A stretch of DNA of 64,000 nucleotides from Vicugna vicugna (GCA_013265495.1 MU057521.1:1-64000); one strand, 5' to 3'; shown: positions 25,251 through 38,334, numbered from the stretch's first letter. The notes: generated from the sequence alone by a model not told the origin. A program made the numbers and translations.

Positions 25251-27030
25251 ACCACAAAATCTTCCATTGTGAGCTCTCAGGATAACTCCCAAATTATAGG
25301 AAATCACTATGGGAAAGGCAAAAACCTACAACCCTTTGTGTGTCAATTCAGGCTGTTTAGAGAACTTCAAGGCTACTTTCAGCAAATTTTGAATTGATTT
25401 TACCTGGGGACTCTTAATAAACTTAGTTTTATTTGGTAAACACCTGTTAAGTATAGGCACTTATTCGGACTATGTATCATTAATTGTAGTAATTGTCATA
25501 AATACACATTAATTGTGTAATTGCCAAAACATACGTCTTGTGCATATTATTAAAACTTACACCACATTGTGTTGAGATCAAATGTATCTTCCAGTGCAGT
25601 AAACCCAGCTAATTTAGGTTGATTCTTCATAGTCTGCTGCTTACATTAGCTTAGTCATCTTCTTGTAACAAGCTAATTTAGAAGTACTGTGATGAGGAAT
25701 CTTCACTTTGGTTTACAATGCTTAGTGGATCATTTGAAATTATAGAGTGTGTGTTTCATAAAGAGCATAAAGATTTCAAATTTCACCAAATTCAACAGGC
25801 AGAAATTTTTACAGTACAATTCAAAATCTGAAAATCTGAATTCTGTAATACTAGCTTTTTCCTTGAATATGGAAGAGAACTTCAGCAGAAAAGAAAAGAA
25901 AAGACTGCTGTTGGGTTTCAACTGTCTTTAAATTAAACCATTTACTACATTTGAAACTTTATGGGAAAAGTTGGAGAACTTTTATGGAAGTTCTACAAAG
26001 ACATGTCCTACAAAGAGAAGTCTAGGAAGATGTTGTGCCTGTAAAACATTGAACCACACAACTTGTTCTCGACAGGAACAGCAGCTCAAGAGGACTATCA
26101 CACTTTAATTTTCTGACAAAATTTATTATTATCTTCAAGCTTTTCCTTTCTCATTGTTTCTATCCCTTCGAGCAGATGCGTTTTCTAAGTAGTTTCCCAC
26201 TGTCCTCTCTTTAGTTCTAAAAGGTCCTGCATTTCCCATTTTTTTGGAGGATTGTAATCAATAAGGAAAGAATTTGGCCAGTTGAGTGGAAATTTGGGTT
26301 TATTAGAACAACTGGCCACAAGTTCAAAGGGAGAACTGAATAATTTGGCTTTGAGGACACAGAAAAGCATGGACCTCTGCCTTGAGGGCTCCTGTTAAGG
26401 TAATTCTGTTCCAGTGACTTCTGGTCGTGTTTTGCAGTGTTCATTTCCAGGTCCCAGGAGAGGAAATCTACTATGCCTGAGTTATAGCAGGTGTTTCTAC
26501 AGCACCACCATGTCCCGTTGGCAGAATTGTGAGGGGGGTGGTCATCTCGGTGTGTCTGTTGCACGTGTTGCTGTTTCATCTGCTTATATATCCCATAATT
26601 TCCCTGAGATACCTGGCCACCCAGAAACTCTGCAGCGTGTATTATCTGAGGACTTACTTTTGGGACCAAAAAAAAAGAAAAGAAAAGAAACTCACGTCTT
26701 TTTTCTCATTCAAAGGGAAATGTTGAAGTTAGTTAAGGTAGAAGTTTTGTACTTGTTTTGAGAAGAGAGTGGAACTGTCATTAATTATGTGACTGCAAGT
26801 GAAGTCAATGAGATAAACTTACGGAGTATAAATAACCTAGTCTGTAAAAATCAGTCAGTAAGCTTCAACAAACTTTTGTCTTTCTTCTTTCTCCTTTCTT
26901 ACTGCTTTAGCTATAGTCACTTTTAGAGTATCTCCCTTTACAGGCTTGGATAAAGGCAACTAATTACTCTTAATCATGAAATAAATCACCTACTAAGAAA
27001 AATTAAATAATGCCCCAAAACAAACTCTTT

Positions 27031-27086
27031 TTTTTCTTTAAACATTTTTTATTGAGTTATAGTCATTTTACAATGTTGTGTCAAAT
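27031..27086 (-). mobile_element. Young, extremely 5'-truncated L1 3' tail (56 bp)
   Basis: Perfect 15-bp TSD CAAAACAAACTCTTT (27016-27030, 27087-27101). Poly-T then TTTTTATTGAGTTATAGTCATTTTACAATGTTGTGTCAAAT. Target reads TT/AAAG. Confidence 0.9.
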
Positions 27087-28553
27087 CAAAACAAACTCTT
27101 TAACATAGATATATGGAGATTATATACGTATGACCATACAGTAATCACATGATATATATACAGATACACATTATACCATATATATAAATCATAATCCTTG
27201 AGGGAAATATCTCATAATCTTGTAGCGTCTGTTTGAGTCAGCTTGTGATTTATAATTACTAGGAATTCTGCTTGATAGGGTACAATTTTGTTCCCATAGA
27301 AAAGTGAGTGATGAACGCTAAAGGTGCTAATGTTTATAAAATGAACTGCAATAAATGATTTTATAACCAAACGCATTTTAACCTTCTTTCCACAAAACTA
27401 AACTTTGCATAGTTTATGTCAGAATTTTTAGAACTTTTCTGAATCATATCATTTTGACATTCAGTCATTTTTAATATTTCTTATATTCCTTATTATTAGT
27501 AGTAATATAAGTATAACTCCTATTTGAACACACACGGTTGAATGAGCATAACTTGCAAGGTTTAGTTGCATCATGTTTTGAGCTTCTGATTCCATAGTCT
27601 CTCAGATTTCATGTGCTCTCTCTATTCTGCCTGAGTCTGAAAACTACTGGAGAAAATTGCCTGGTCATGTCTTTTGATGTCATTACACCTCCTGACTTTC
27701 AACCTCAAAAGGACAGTCCAGGGCATGTGGTGATTTCTTTACTTGTCTTTTTAGTCACACTTCTTTTCTTTTTTCTACAAGCTCCTCCTATTGTTCAATC
27801 TCCTCCCTCTTCCCTCTGCTCCACCATCTTCCTCATCTGGTCCTCCCAGTCTCCAGAGGAAAGAGAAGCCAAGGTATTTGATGTTTTCAACCATATTTTT
27901 ACCTTAAGGGTGTTTAGATTTGTATGACTTGATTCTACAGAAAAGATAGGGCCAGACAAGCTTTGTGTTGAACTGTCTCTTTTACAGAGCATTCAAAGGC
28001 ATATATTGTATGTGCTGTGTCATAGTGTTGAATAGGAGATGAGTTTACAGAGATATTTTCATCTACCTCCTTCGGAATAGGGGTAGCCAATAGCATTGCT
28101 CAGTGGTTTTAAGGAAATTTAGTGTGGGGTATTTTATCATTGGCTACCTTGGGACTCCTCTTTTGTTATGTCGTCTTCTTTCTTTTTTTCTGCTCTCTTC
28201 TTTTCTCCTTTTGGTTTTCTTCTTCCTTCTCTCACTTTTTTTAATCCCTCAGTCCCTTCTTTCTTAGGTTGACTTTTTTTTCTGATATCCCTCTCTATGT
28301 TTTCAACCCATATATGTGGTGGCATAAATTCTTAATTTGCTTGAAAGTAGCTTCAGAAATCTGAGATAAGAATCGTGGTCCTGGCTGATTTCAGCTCAGT
28401 TGCACAGTTTCCTTCTCTCTTATCAAATTCAGTTAAGAAGACTGAAAAGGGAACCCCAGGGCCCATGTACATCATATCAACTGCTAAGTATAAAATGTCA
28501 CATGGGGTAGAAAGTAGTAGTAGCTGTTTTTTTCTTTTCTTTCTTTTTTTAAA

Positions 28554-28685
28554 GTTTTCTTTTTTTTTTTCAGAGGGGAGGTAATTAGGTTTATTTACTT
28601 ATTTATTTTTAATGGATACAGAGGATTGAACCCAGGACCTTGTGCATGCTAAGCACGCACTCTACCACTGAGCTGCACCCTCCCC
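28554..28685 (-). mobile_element. tRNA(Ala)-derived SINE, camelid Vic-1-like
   Basis: Minus strand GGGGAGGGTGCAGCTCAGTGGTAGAGTGCGTGCTTAGCATGCACAAGGTCCTGGGTTCAATCC (A and B boxes), then TAAATAA repeats, CCTAATTACCTCCCC and an A tail. Flanked by TTCTTTCT(7-8)AAA repeats. Confidence 0.85.
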
Positions 28686-28699
28686 ATTCTTTCTTTTTT

Positions 28700-28800
28700 T
28701 TAAAATCACGGTAAGAACATTTAACATGAGCTTTACCTTCTTAACAAATTTTTAAGTTCGTAGTACACTGTTGTTAACTAGAGACACAATAGTGTACAAC
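28700..28800 (-). mobile_element. L1MA/MB 3'-end fragment
   Basis: GGTAAGAACATTTAACATGAG..CCTTCTTAACAAATTTTTAAGT..TGTTAACTA. Confidence 0.7.
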
Positions 28801-29074
28801 CATTTTTAAAGAGTAACATAAATTATAATTTGTGTTCAATGACTGAGAAAATGGCTAGTGAATATGAAGTAGAGCCTTGACAGATGGAGAAGAGCCCCAG
28901 AGATACGTTCCTTGATCTCATCAGGGGGCAGTTAAAAACATGAGAGCTAGTGTTTGTTGCAGTGCATTTCCCATAATAAGGGGAAACTGAAATCTAAGGG
29001 AACTGAGCGAAGTAGGTTGGCTTGTATAAAGACTCTGTGGATTCACGCTTGAGAGGACTTGTGTATGCAGATGT

Positions 29075-29590
29075 TGTAGCGAATATGCAAATATTCCTCA
29101 GGGGTCACTCCAGCTACCATTCTCCCATTCTCACTAATAGTCCCCTGATATCTTTTGGGAAATTCGCCCACCCCTCATGGGTTAGCACTGTTTGGTGGGA
29201 GACAGTTGGCTTCCCATCAGCCTGGCTGCAGTGAGTCATCCAGGGACAATACAGGAGGACGAATCCCAATACCTGGGCAGGAGACGCCTTTGCTTTCTCC
29301 CACTACGTGATGTGAGAGTGAAGGCTCTGAAACAGTGGCAGCCACTTTTGTGGTTCTGGATGGAGCCCTGGAGCCCCCTGGAGGCCACTGTGCAGAGCCT
29401 GTGGCTGGAGCTACTGCAGGAAGCAGGCTAGAGAAACAGACTGAAATTGAATCCTGAGTATATTGCTTGAGCCTCTAGATAAAGCCTCACCAGAAACCAC
29501 CCATGTTAATGAAATGTTGAAGTGTGTGAGCAATAAATTGTCTTCATTATTTAAAATCTATTCCTACTGTATCATAGCCATAAATGATAA
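29075..29590 (+). mobile_element. Old MLT1 (MaLR) LTR
   Basis: GGCAGCCAC, TCCTGAGTATATTGCTTGAGCCTCTAGATAAAGCC and TGTGAGCAATAAATTGTCTTCATTATTTAA blocks. Confidence 0.6.
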
Positions 29591-32583
29591 GAATTGTTAC
29601 CATAGATAAAAAAAACAAGAGAAGGGGATGCATCTAACTCTGTATCGCCAAACACGTGCATTGTACCATTGACTAAATTAGATGAGAAATCTTGGGAGCA
29701 ATCTAATAACAGTAAAATTACTCAGGGAATATTAGGGTTGCCCTGGATTGACAGGAAGGAGATCAGCTAGAAATACCATTTTAAGTGGCAGCTGAACTCT
29801 AGAAGAGAACGACTCAGGAAAAAGAGATGTGATGAGCTAAGACATCCATGGGACATGCACCTGTGACAATGGTAGCAGAAGGCACATCCTGGCAGGAGCT
29901 ACATCAGCCAGCATTTTCACCTGTTGTCCTTTGTAAACTGAGAATCTGCCCATCTCCAGGAGGCTGAATTTGCCTCTTACAAATAGATAATACTTAACCA
30001 CTTTAAAACGTTCCTCATACGGAGATGAAGCTTGTCGAACGTGGAGTTGGTACCAGCTTACTACGGTGTTCGGGATGAAGATTTTCTCAGAATGACTGGA
30101 TGATGGCAAGATCCTACTATTTACAACAGACTCGTGAAATAATCCAGATCTCTCATGGCGAAGACCTTACTGTTTCACAATATGTAGCTGATTTCCATAG
30201 AGCTGCGAAGCTGTGGCCTCCCAGGTGAGGACTGGGATGTTGTGGGAGGCCCGTGAGAGAATCGCCTCATGGGGTGGAGAGTCCTCTGCTGCCCCCATGA
30301 AAATGTCTTTTTCCCTTGTCCTTGTGTACTGGAGACTGAGTACAGAACGCTTTTACGAAAGTAAGTTTCACAGGCATCTAGCTATTCCTTCCTGGATAAT
30401 GAATATTTTACCTGAAACAATGGGAAAAGAATATTTTTTTTTTTTTGCTAGCAAATACCCTGATGACACGAGCCCTTATTTAGAAAGGACTGTTTTTTGT
30501 TATGTTTCTGTGAGGACAAAGAAACAGACAAATAAAATGAAAGGAGAAGCGTGTCCCAGCGAGTTTATAATAAATTCCAAAGGAGCGGAAAAAAAGGAAT
30601 GAAAAACCTGGCACGAGTGGTGTCCAGGAATAGTCTCCTGCTGGAGAAGAGAGCCTCTCACTGATCTGCCCACAGTCCCTGAAGGAGCAGTGCCAGCTCT
30701 GAAGCTCAGAACAATTTGGTAATTGGAGGATGCGACCCTTAGGCCATGGACAGTACTCGTCGTTGGCATCATGCTTGAAATAAGCCATAAGCTCCTGGGG
30801 TACATGCTGTCTTCTGCTGCTCTAAAGTTTCCACTCCCTTGTGATTAGAATAATCAGATTAAGATCTGGCATACCCCATTTCCTCCATTGTAGGTTAAAT
30901 TAATCCAGTAGCCTTGATTCATAAAGTTCCCTGAAATTCTCATTAAGCTTCCCCACTGTGGTGCTTCCTGCCAAGTGATGTGTGCCGGTCTGTTCATTTT
31001 CTGACCAGTCATTGATATTTATTTGTGACTTATTTCAAAAATGATAGACCACTGTGATGAGTCTGTATTGAAGTTTTTCTGGCTAATTGATCTTTCTTCC
31101 TCTTAATGAGTCACTTTTTCTAAAATTGAAGCCACCTGGTGTATAAATCCCCAGTTGGCACTGTTTCCCAGACCTGCGATCCCAGCGGACAACCTCTGCT
31201 AACTAGGCTTCTTACAGGTTGTGACAAAGCCTTTCAGTGTATCCACAAGTAGCAGGCTGTGGGTAACGGTTAACAACTGCATTTCAGGACATTACTGACA
31301 TAAATGAAATAAACTCGTCTCAACCGGTCCATTTTCCACACCTCTGGACACCAGTTTGCATGGTGTGTGTATGTGTATGTATTCAACATTGTCCTTCAGA
31401 ATTCTCTGTATATATTCTTTCATATTTTCCTTCAAAGATGAAGGCCTCTTTAACAGTCAGTATTTAACTTTATTTCAGTCTGTCTAAATTTGATCATCTT
31501 CCTTTTATCTAAAATAATTACATAACGGCGAGACCCTGTTTTTAGATGTTTACAATGAAATATATTATGTAGCGAACATCTAAATAAAAATGTAATGCTG
31601 TAATGCAGGGCCATTAACCAAAGTGTCAAAACGCATGAATCAAGCAAAAATAAGCATCCTGTGACAACCGCTGAAGCGGTCTCTATGCTAATAAAGGAAG
31701 AAACGGGGAGGCTGTCGGCCCATCAGTGCTTGATGGGTATTGTTGTGGGTTGTTGACCTTTCTCCTCTCACTTCGGGGAAGAATTTTAGTAAAAGGAGAG
31801 TTTAGCCAGGATCTTATCTGTCCCACTTGTCCACATTTGTGTGTGTGCTGACGTCTCCTTTGCTTTGTCTCATGCATTTCCTATCACCGATGTCCGAGAG
31901 GGCTGGCCCTCCCTTTTCTGCTGCCGAAAGTACACAGCTATCGGTGGTCTCAGCATGGCTCTGCCAGGTCCCAAAGTTTACGGTCCTGGCAGCTGGGGCT
32001 CCAGCTGTCCAGTTTGACATGTAGGAGGGCCATGTATGAGTGGATGGCCCCTCCTGAGTGGGAGAGACGTTCACTCCAGACAGGAATGATAGAAAGGCTA
32101 TTCTGAAGGGACCTTGTGCTCCGAACAGAAAGGGTGAGTAAGCCTAGACCTTACTGAAGTCCCTGACCCCACGTGGGAGCTGAGCTGGTCACTCTCCCTC
32201 TGGGGTAAGGGACGCGTTGGCATTTCAGATTCATCTCCTGGTGATTGGAAAGGTCCAGTCCCAACATAGAGCTCTTCACCCAGCTGCTTTATGGTGTAAT
32301 GAGGGGAAAATAACTCAGAAGAAAAGGTGAACATTTATGGGAAATTATGGGAAAGTGATTTAGCTGTACTACTGAGAATTTTCAGTAAATATTCAGTATT
32401 TTCAGCCTCTTAGTCTGTATTGGTTCTTTGCCTCTGCATAGGCTCTCCCTTGAAGCTAATCCATTTTGAGAAAATTACCGCTTGGAATTATATGCCCCAT
32501 TCTATTCACTACAGCTTGTTAATAGAAGAGTCTGTATTCTGTTTCCACACCACTTCATCTCCCATTCTACTTCTCTGTCTCCG

Positions 32584-32729
32584 TGTGAGATCCAGAGCAT
32601 CTGGTATTTTACTGGAAATTAGCTCTTCATCTCATGTTTTCTATTTTTTAATGTGAGATCCAGAGCATCTGGTATCTGCTTCAGTATTTTACTGGAAATT
32701 AGCTCTTCATCTCATGTTTTCTATTTTTT
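32584..32729. repeat. Tandem duplication (66-bp and 78-bp copies)
   Basis: 32584-32649 and 32652-32729 are identical apart from a 12-bp indel CTGCTTCAGTAT. Confidence 0.95.
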
Positions 32730-33019
32730 TCATAATTTCATCAGAACCTTAGTCATCTTTGCAATTCTATTCCCAGATGAAATACACTAAATTTCTAGTT
32801 GGAAAATTTTCTGAACACTGTTTCAGTTCTTTCTTTACTGAAATGACTGACAACTCGTTCCTTATGACTCACTCCTGCCTCGGCTTCAGTTGTATCACCC
32901 TTTCTAGTTTTTCTTTGACCTCTGTGATCATGACTTCATGGTCTGTTCTTTGTTCACTAACTGCTTCAATACTGCTATTAACGGGCCATCCTGTCTGAGC
33001 TTTTTCCCTGCTATTTTTG

Positions 33020-34090
33020 CACATTTCTTCATTCTTTCATCAAATATCCACTGAGCTCTTCTCCCAGACAAGCTCCATTCTAGGTGCTCAGTGAAGACAC
33101 TGGATATATTTTAATGATAAGGCCAATAATATATCCTGATGGATCCAAAACAGGGTATAAGACAAAGAGAAATTAGTGGTGACTCTAGAGATTTCAGTCT
33201 GAGTCACTGGAAGGATCCAGCTGCCATCACCTGATGTGAGCAAAGCAGTGGGAGAAGTTTTGGGTGGAAATACCAGGGGTTCAAAATAGACTTGTAAGTT
33301 TGGCATCTGCTGTGTTTTGTGTCTCCCTAAAATTCATAGCGGAGTCCTCATGTGGTAGTATTTGGAGACGGAGTCTTTGGAAGGTAAATAGGTCATGAGG
33401 GTGGAGCTCCCATGATGGGATTAGTGTTCTTATAAAGTGGGGAAGAGGGTTAATTCTCTCTCTTCCGTGTGATGCTACCGCTAGAACACAGTCATATACA
33501 ACCAAGAAGAATGCTCTCACCAGAACTGAACTCCCTGGTGCCTTTATCTTGCACTGCCCAGCCTCCAGAACTGGGAGAAGTAAATGTTTGTGCTTTAAGC
33601 CACCCAGTCTGTGGTAATTTATTATGGCAGCTTGAATTAAGACAGAGTTTGTTTTAGAAAGCCAAGTATAGATGTTCAGAAAATAGTGGAAGTGATCCAA
33701 ATTGAAGCTATACCTTTGGGAGTCTTCAGAATAGTGACAGTATTCAGTGCTTTGAGACTGGTTGAAACGACCAATGAGAAGGAACAGCGCAAAGCACTGA
33801 GCTGTGGAAGATTCTGTTGTGAAGTATTTTGGGGAAGAGAGGAGGAATCTGAAAAGGAGACTGAGAAGACACTTTTGAGGCAGGAGGAAGACCAAGGATT
33901 TTGGTGTCCTGAGAACCAAACACAGTGAGAAAATTAGAATAAGCTGATCATTGGCTTTGGTCATTGGAAGCATCTTGGTCATGTTTGCAAGAGCAGTTGT
34001 AGTGCCGTGATGGGGATGAAGGCTCCACCGGAATGAGATTAGGAGACAATGGGAGGAAGGAACTGCAGGCTGCAAGATAGACTGAGGGAC
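33020..34090 (-). mobile_element. L2 LINE fragments split by an MLT1 LTR
   Basis: GATGGATCCAAAACAGGG..GTGACTCTAGAGATTTCAGTCTGAGTCACTGGAAGGAT..GCCATC and TGATCATTGGCTTTGG..TTGCAAGAGCAGTT..GTG blocks. Confidence 0.65.
33308..33644 (+). mobile_element. MLT1A0-like MaLR solo LTR
   Basis: CCCTAAAATTCATA, GTATTTGGAGACGG, GGTCATGAGGGTGGAGCTCCCATGATGGGATTAGTG, CAGCCTCCAGAACTG, TTTAAGCCACCCAGTCTGTGGT; ends TAAGACA. Confidence 0.85.
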
Positions 34091-35644
34091 CCCTGTACTC
34101 TTATCTTCCACTATCTCTGCACCTGCTCCTATTGAATTTATATATATGTATGTCCCAGACTTCTCTGAGCCTGCTTTTTAAACAGGTTTGTTAAAAAAAA
34201 AAAAAGAAAGAAAGAAAAAGCCCACCAAACCCAAATTAACCACTCTTGTCCTTGTCTTCCTGTCTTGCCCAACAGGAATTATAAATCCACAGAAGTCAGT
34301 TTTCTTGCCATCCTGCCCCACTGTATAGACAGAAAGGCCCAGCCACTTATGTCAGGCTTTTATGCATCTGAGCCGTTTTCAGAATCTCACTTATTTCATT
34401 TAATCTTGGAGTGAAAACACAATGTGACTAAACTTTGGAGTTTCTGTTCCTGGGAGAATGATGAAATGATGAAAACATAAGGAGAGTGAAGTGAAGTCAG
34501 ATTTGTGTCAAGGAACACTTTTGTTTTAGACATATTGAGTTTTAGGTGAAAATAAGACATTGATTGATGTGGAAAATGGAGATGTGATGTCTTCAGGAGG
34601 AAGACTAGAGGGAGGGCGGATTTGTATAGATTTTCTTTCCAATTTTGACAGTAAGTAGCTAACAGCTATATAGGCAATAGGTACAAATGATAACCAGAGC
34701 ACAGTTTTCAGCAATACAGAAATCACCCTATGTAGACAAAATCTCAAAAGAATTACTCTAAAGCCTTCTTGCTTTCTTTCTGAATGAAAGAACTCAGTAA
34801 AAAATATGACTATTATATGTTGTTTTAAATGAAATCTCCAGGATGTTGTGAGGTTTATGTAAAATTTACATGTGTAGTTTTTAATGGGGCCATTTTGAAG
34901 CTTTAATATTACAAATAAAATAACATTTTAAATTGAGGACTTAAACTTTTTGCTGATATAATTTTAACGTAATTTTCCCCCCTCTGGTGGAATTATGACC
35001 AAATTTATTGTTATATTTTCACTTTTAAGTTATGTTCAGTGATGGTTTGGATTTAAAAGTGAAATTTCTCGCACTGTTTAGAATGTTAGGTTTAGAAATC
35101 AGACCATAATAGTGTCGTTTGCAGCTGAGCCCCACACAGAACCTCACTGAATGGTTCACTGATTGAGTTGCTGAAATTTTCCACTTGGCTCTGTATTTGA
35201 GGGGCTTCCAGGTGTCCCTCGGCAGTGAAAACACTGTTAATAATGGTAAACTATGATTGTCAATTTCATTAACCCAGTGCCCAATTCAACCATGAGCATT
35301 GCAAGCTTTGCTTTTTTTTTCCTTCGAAGTGGTAGCATTAAATTGTGCTAGGAATCCTTTATTTTTGTTCTGTGCAAATATAGTTTTTGCATGCTCCATC
35401 TCCGTAAGCACATTAAAAAGTAAATGCATTATATTCATTTCATTTTCATGTAGTATTGGATACATACAAAAAAGTGTATGTCATAGATTTCGAAGTTGCG
35501 CAGCATAATATTGAAGTGTACATTAAACCCATTACTCAACACAAGAATTAGAACATTACTGAAGCCATCGAAACAACCTGTGTCTTCCTGCCCAATTCCA
35601 CCCACTTACCTCCCTTGAATTATTTTGGAGTGTTTAAAATTTCT

Positions 35645-35767
35645 TTTTTTTTTTAATATTTTTTATTGAGTTATAGTCATTTTACAATGTTGTATCAAAT
35701 TCCAGTGTAGAGCACAATTTTTCAGTTATACATGAACATACATACATTCATTGTCACATTCTCTTTC
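35645..35767 (-). mobile_element. Young truncated L1 3' tail (same family as 27031..27086), inside an older L1ME-like fragment
   Basis: 10-bp TSD TAAAATTTCT (35635-35644, 35768-35777). Poly-T then TTTTTATTGAGTTATAGTCATTTTACAATGTTGTATCAAATTCCAGTGTAGAGCAC. Confidence 0.88.
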
Positions 35768-37854
35768 TAAAATTTCTGTATACTTAAATAATATATATAT
35801 ATAGAATTTTTTTTTTTACTTACTTTGCTTGTTAGAAATAAATGAAGTTGTGAAAACAGATTGGAATGTGTTCCTGTCTCCTGGTACTGGGGAGGTGAGG
35901 ATATCCAAGAGTCTCACCATTTAACTTCTTCTAGGATCTAAGCTCTGATAACCTTTTGAGCACAATTTGATGAATCATTAAAATAATTGATGACAAGCTC
36001 TATAGTACTAGATCCTTTCAATTGATGTAATTTTACATTATCTAATATTTATCATTGTTAACTATATGACAAGACAGTGGATATTATCTTCATTTCAGGT
36101 TAGATTATAGATGCTCAGGAAACCTGCCCAAAGTTCTAGAGCTGGTAACCCTGGGATCTGAACCACTATTCCGTACTCCAAACCCTGTTCTCTTTCTACC
36201 TTCAGACACATAGTTTTGATCAATACACGATAAACTAATGAGTGAACATCAAGGTGTGACTATAAATTAATGATTTATGGCTCTTTTTCAAGGGTTTACA
36301 CAATGTCAGCTCGGATAGTTTTTTGGCACTAACATTTAAATTAATGGCGTAAAGTTTAATGAGTATCAAATCATCTTTGAAGAAATGGGCTAATTGGTTA
36401 TTTCATGTTTGACATGGTGTCTAATTAGCTTTTCCAGTGTTGAATGTGGCTTTGCAAATTTTAAAACAATTAGCATTATTGGTGATAAAAAATTATCCTT
36501 TTAGAATGCAGGTATGTCTGTGTATCTACTATGTTTAGATATATCCATTTGTACAAACATTCTGTCAAATTCAAGGCAATTATTTAAAGTAGTTTAAGAA
36601 AAGATACATAATTAAGTCCAGGGCCTACATATGTTTATTAATAATGTTGAGAGATAGCAAAGCTAGTAAGTCTTTATTCATGCATGGGTTTATTCATTTA
36701 CTTTGTATTTTTAAAAAAACTAATAATTATCATTTTTGAGTGCCTGTATGTGTTGGACACTGTTTTGTTGAACTTTAATTTTTGATCTTGTAATTGTCTT
36801 TTATCCTTTTAAGATTACCATCAGACAGGTATTATTATGCATTTAACAATGAGAAAATGAACTTGAACAAAATCTCACAGCTGAAAATTAATATAACCAT
36901 AACTCCATCACAGGTCTGTATGGCTAGAAAGCTGCACTTGTCTACAGGAGAAGGCTCTTAAAATCTGATACAGGGAAGTATGAATGGGGGTCAGGAACTG
37001 AGTCTTGGGTTTTGTTGCTGCCACTGACTTCACATGTGATATTAGACAATGTCTCTGAGTCTTAGAGAGTTGGATAAGATGATATCTAAGATCTGTTCTT
37101 GTTCAAAACTAACTTATTTTGTGTTTACTCTTTCTCCACATATCATTGGCAGTTTGGCAGTTGCATTTCCATTAACTGTCTTTCTGTTGTAATGCTTGTG
37201 TGTCTTAATATTACCACCCTTAATATTATTATCCAGGAATAATCACTGCGAATCGCTCATGAGTTATTGAAAGTAGTGTGTGGGAGGTATAGAAGTAGAC
37301 TGGTGGTACTTTCTTTAGCTAGTTGGTATCACACTAAATATTCTGTTTTGTGTATTCCTTGTAACATAAAGCATAAGTCGATACTTACTCACATGTTATT
37401 AAATAATTCTTCAAGAATGTTTTAGTAATTGCAAAATACTTTGTTTGGACAACAGAGACTTTTGAAACAGATGGGGGACACGTGGGACTACTTGGAGCTT
37501 TGGACTTAAAGTCGAAGTGTTTGGCTAACTGCTAAGTGAGCAGAAATGAGATACAAACCTTGTTCATGCAAATTATGGCTACACCACTTTCTAAGTGAAC
37601 AACAAGTCTTGAAAGTCACTCATTTCACCAGTGGAAGATATCGTTTCTAATATACTTTATATTTAGTTGAGCTTTCTAGTGAGAATTTCAATAAAGGCAC
37701 CTGGTGCTGCTTAGCAGCCACATTTGGTGTGTATACTCCTGACCAGCATAATGTAAATGCTAACTAACTACCCTTAACAAAGTATTAAAAGAGAGACATG
37801 TACACCACAGTATTTGTACTGAAGTTTTTAAAAGTTAATTTCTGCTCCTTGATA

Positions 37855-38334
37855 TGAGTCAAAAACTTTATGTTCAGACAAAAGTATTTTTATAGCAGCT
37901 TTATTCATAATTGCCAAATTTTGGAAGCAAGCAGGATGTTCTTCAGTAGGTAAGTGGATAAACTGTGTTATAGCTATACAACGACATACTATTTAGCACT
38001 AGAAAGAAATGAGCTACCAAGCCATAGAAAGACGCGAAGGAATCTTAAATGCATGTTAACGAAGTGGAAGCAGCCAATCTGAGATGGTCATATACTGTAT
38101 GATTCCAAGACATTCTGGAAAAGGCAAAGCTATGGGACAATAAAAGGGTCAGAGGTTGACAAGGGTTAGGAGGGGAGGGATGAATAGGTGGAGCATAGAA
38201 TATTTTTAAGACAGTGAAACTATTCTGTATGATACTGTCATGCATGTCATTATATATTTGTAACAACACATAGAAGGTACGACACCTATGAATTAACTCT
38301 AATGTAAAGTGTGGACTTTGGGTGATAATGATGT
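37855..38334 (+). mobile_element. L1MC-type 3' region fragment
   Basis: TTTATAGCAGCTTTATTCATAATTGCCAAA..TGGAAGCAA, ATACTGTATGATTCCAA..CATTCTGGAAAAGGCAAA, GGACTTTGGGTGATAATGATGT. Confidence 0.85.

Noticed and set aside
28615..28685. tRNA-Ala gene
   Set aside because: The 3' acceptor stem is degenerate, and a SINE body, A tail and flanking direct repeats are present.
20359..31114. 13-mer CTTAATGAGTCAC present at both 20359 and 31102
   Set aside because: Repeated 13-mers are expected by chance in 64 kb of AT-rich DNA.
33281..34111. 276-aa minus-strand ORF, the longest after MC4R
   Set aside because: It runs through L2 fragments and an MLT1A0 LTR and has no recognisable domain, so it is a chance open frame in repeats.
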